From: Octopus bimaculoides
Lineage: Eukaryota
Direction: 5' to 3'
DNA: 32,697 nt
NCBI RefSeq assembly: GCF_001194135.2
Contig: NC_069008.1
Location: forward strand, 1,830,672 to 1,863,368
This document shows, piece after piece, positions 31,588 to 32,697 of this stretch (its first letter is position 1; every line of letters starts with the position of its first letter). A program made the position numbers and the translations under genes. The notes under the pieces were generated by a model, which did not search any database, was not told the DNA's origin, and saw only the letters and a list, made by a program, of their open reading frames with translations.

Positions 31588-32682
31588 ATATCAATTTCGA
31601 ATTTCAGCACAAAGCCAGCAATTTTGGGTCGTTGCTAAGTCAATTACACAAACCCCTGCACTCAATTATCGACACGGAAAGGATAAAGGCAAAGTTGACC
31701 TTGATAGAATTTGAACCCAGAATGTAGATATCTGCTAATGGTTCTTATAGCTGTCACCTCCTTACTTCTTTTCATTAATATTGATTTCAAATTTTAGCCC
31801 AAGGACAGCAATTTTGCGGGAAGGTGTAAAGTCAATTACATCAACCCCAGTGCTCAACTGGTACTTCATCATCATCATCATCATCATTTAACATCTGCTT
31901 TCCATGCTAGCATGGGTTGGACGATTTGACTGAGGACTGGTGAAACCGGATGGCAACACCAGGCTCCAATCTGATTTGGCAGAGTTTCTACAGCTGGATG
32001 CCCTTCCTAGCGCCAACCACTCAGAGAGTGTAGTGGGTGCTTTTATGTGCCACCGGCACAAAGCCAGTCAGGTGGTACTAGCAACGACCACACTCGAAAT
32101 GGTGTATTTTACGTGCCACCTGCACAGGAGCCAGTCCAGCGGCACTGGCAACGATCTCGCTTGAATGTCGTATCTCACTCGAATGTCTATTCACATGCCA
32201 CCGGCACAAGTGCCAGGAAGGCAATGCTGGTAATGATCACGCTCAAATAGTGCTATTTACGTGCTACCGGCATGGAAGCCAGACAGCTGCTCTGGCAATG
32301 ATCACACTTGAACAGTGCTCTTAGTGCTCCACTGGTACAGGTGCCATCACGATCAAATTCGAAAGGATGAAAGGTAAAGTTGACCTTGGCAGAATTTGAA
32401 CTCAGAATGAAATACCACAAAGCATTTCTCCTGGTGTGCTGACGATTCTGCCAGCTAGTCACCTTTCTTTTCATTAATATTGATTTCAAGTTTCAGCACA
32501 AGGCCAGCAATTTTAGGAGTGGAGCTAAGTTGATTACTGGTACTTATTTTATTGACCCCCAAAAGATTGAAAGGTAAAGTCAACCTCAGTGGAATTTGAA
32601 CTAAGAACATAGCAGCAGACAAAATGCTGCTAAGCATTTTGCCCGGTGTGCTAATGATGTTGCCAGCCAGCCAGCCACCTTA
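31588..32682 (-). mobile_element. Three head-to-tail SINE family B copies, the middle one interrupted by a family C element
   Basis: Units at ~31588-31762, ~31770-31866 + 32352-32465, and ~32470-32682 share ATATTGATTTCAA(A/G)TTT(T/C)AGC(A/C)CAAGG and GAATTTGAAC(T/C)CAGAA. Confidence 0.65.
31867..32350 (-). mobile_element. Retroelement family C with ~5-unit hairpin array
   Basis: Near-identical to 11920-12270 over the tail and body. Confidence 0.75.
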
Positions 32683-32697
32683 CTCTCTTGTGATTAA

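Overview
This is eukaryotic, AT-rich, repeat-dense scaffold DNA with about 3.8 kb of N in 11 gaps, most flanked by microsatellites. The SINE families look like those I recall from octopus, so a cephalopod (Octopus-like) origin is inferred, not proven. One protein-coding gene can be supported, on the minus strand. It has a 1796-bp acidic, low-complexity coding exon (24425->22630) ending at a perfect AAG|GTAAGA donor. A probable 156-bp second exon (6324->6169) lies 16.3 kb downstream and is phase-compatible with it. The gene identity is not recognisable from these exons. Most of the rest is tRNA-derived SINEs, Tc1/mariner, hAT, Merlin-like and TTAA-targeting MITEs, a decayed CRE-type non-LTR retrotransposon fragment, minisatellites and microsatellites. 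The most striking unexplained signal is a set of type I hammerhead ribozyme motifs of the minimal Penelope/retrozyme style. One folds almost completely (2686-2793), one has a stem II register defect (26860-26913), and there are decayed relics (18466-18526, 470-495). There is no CRISPR array, rRNA or genuine tRNA gene. Coordinates of repeats were read by eye and are approximate to a few bases.
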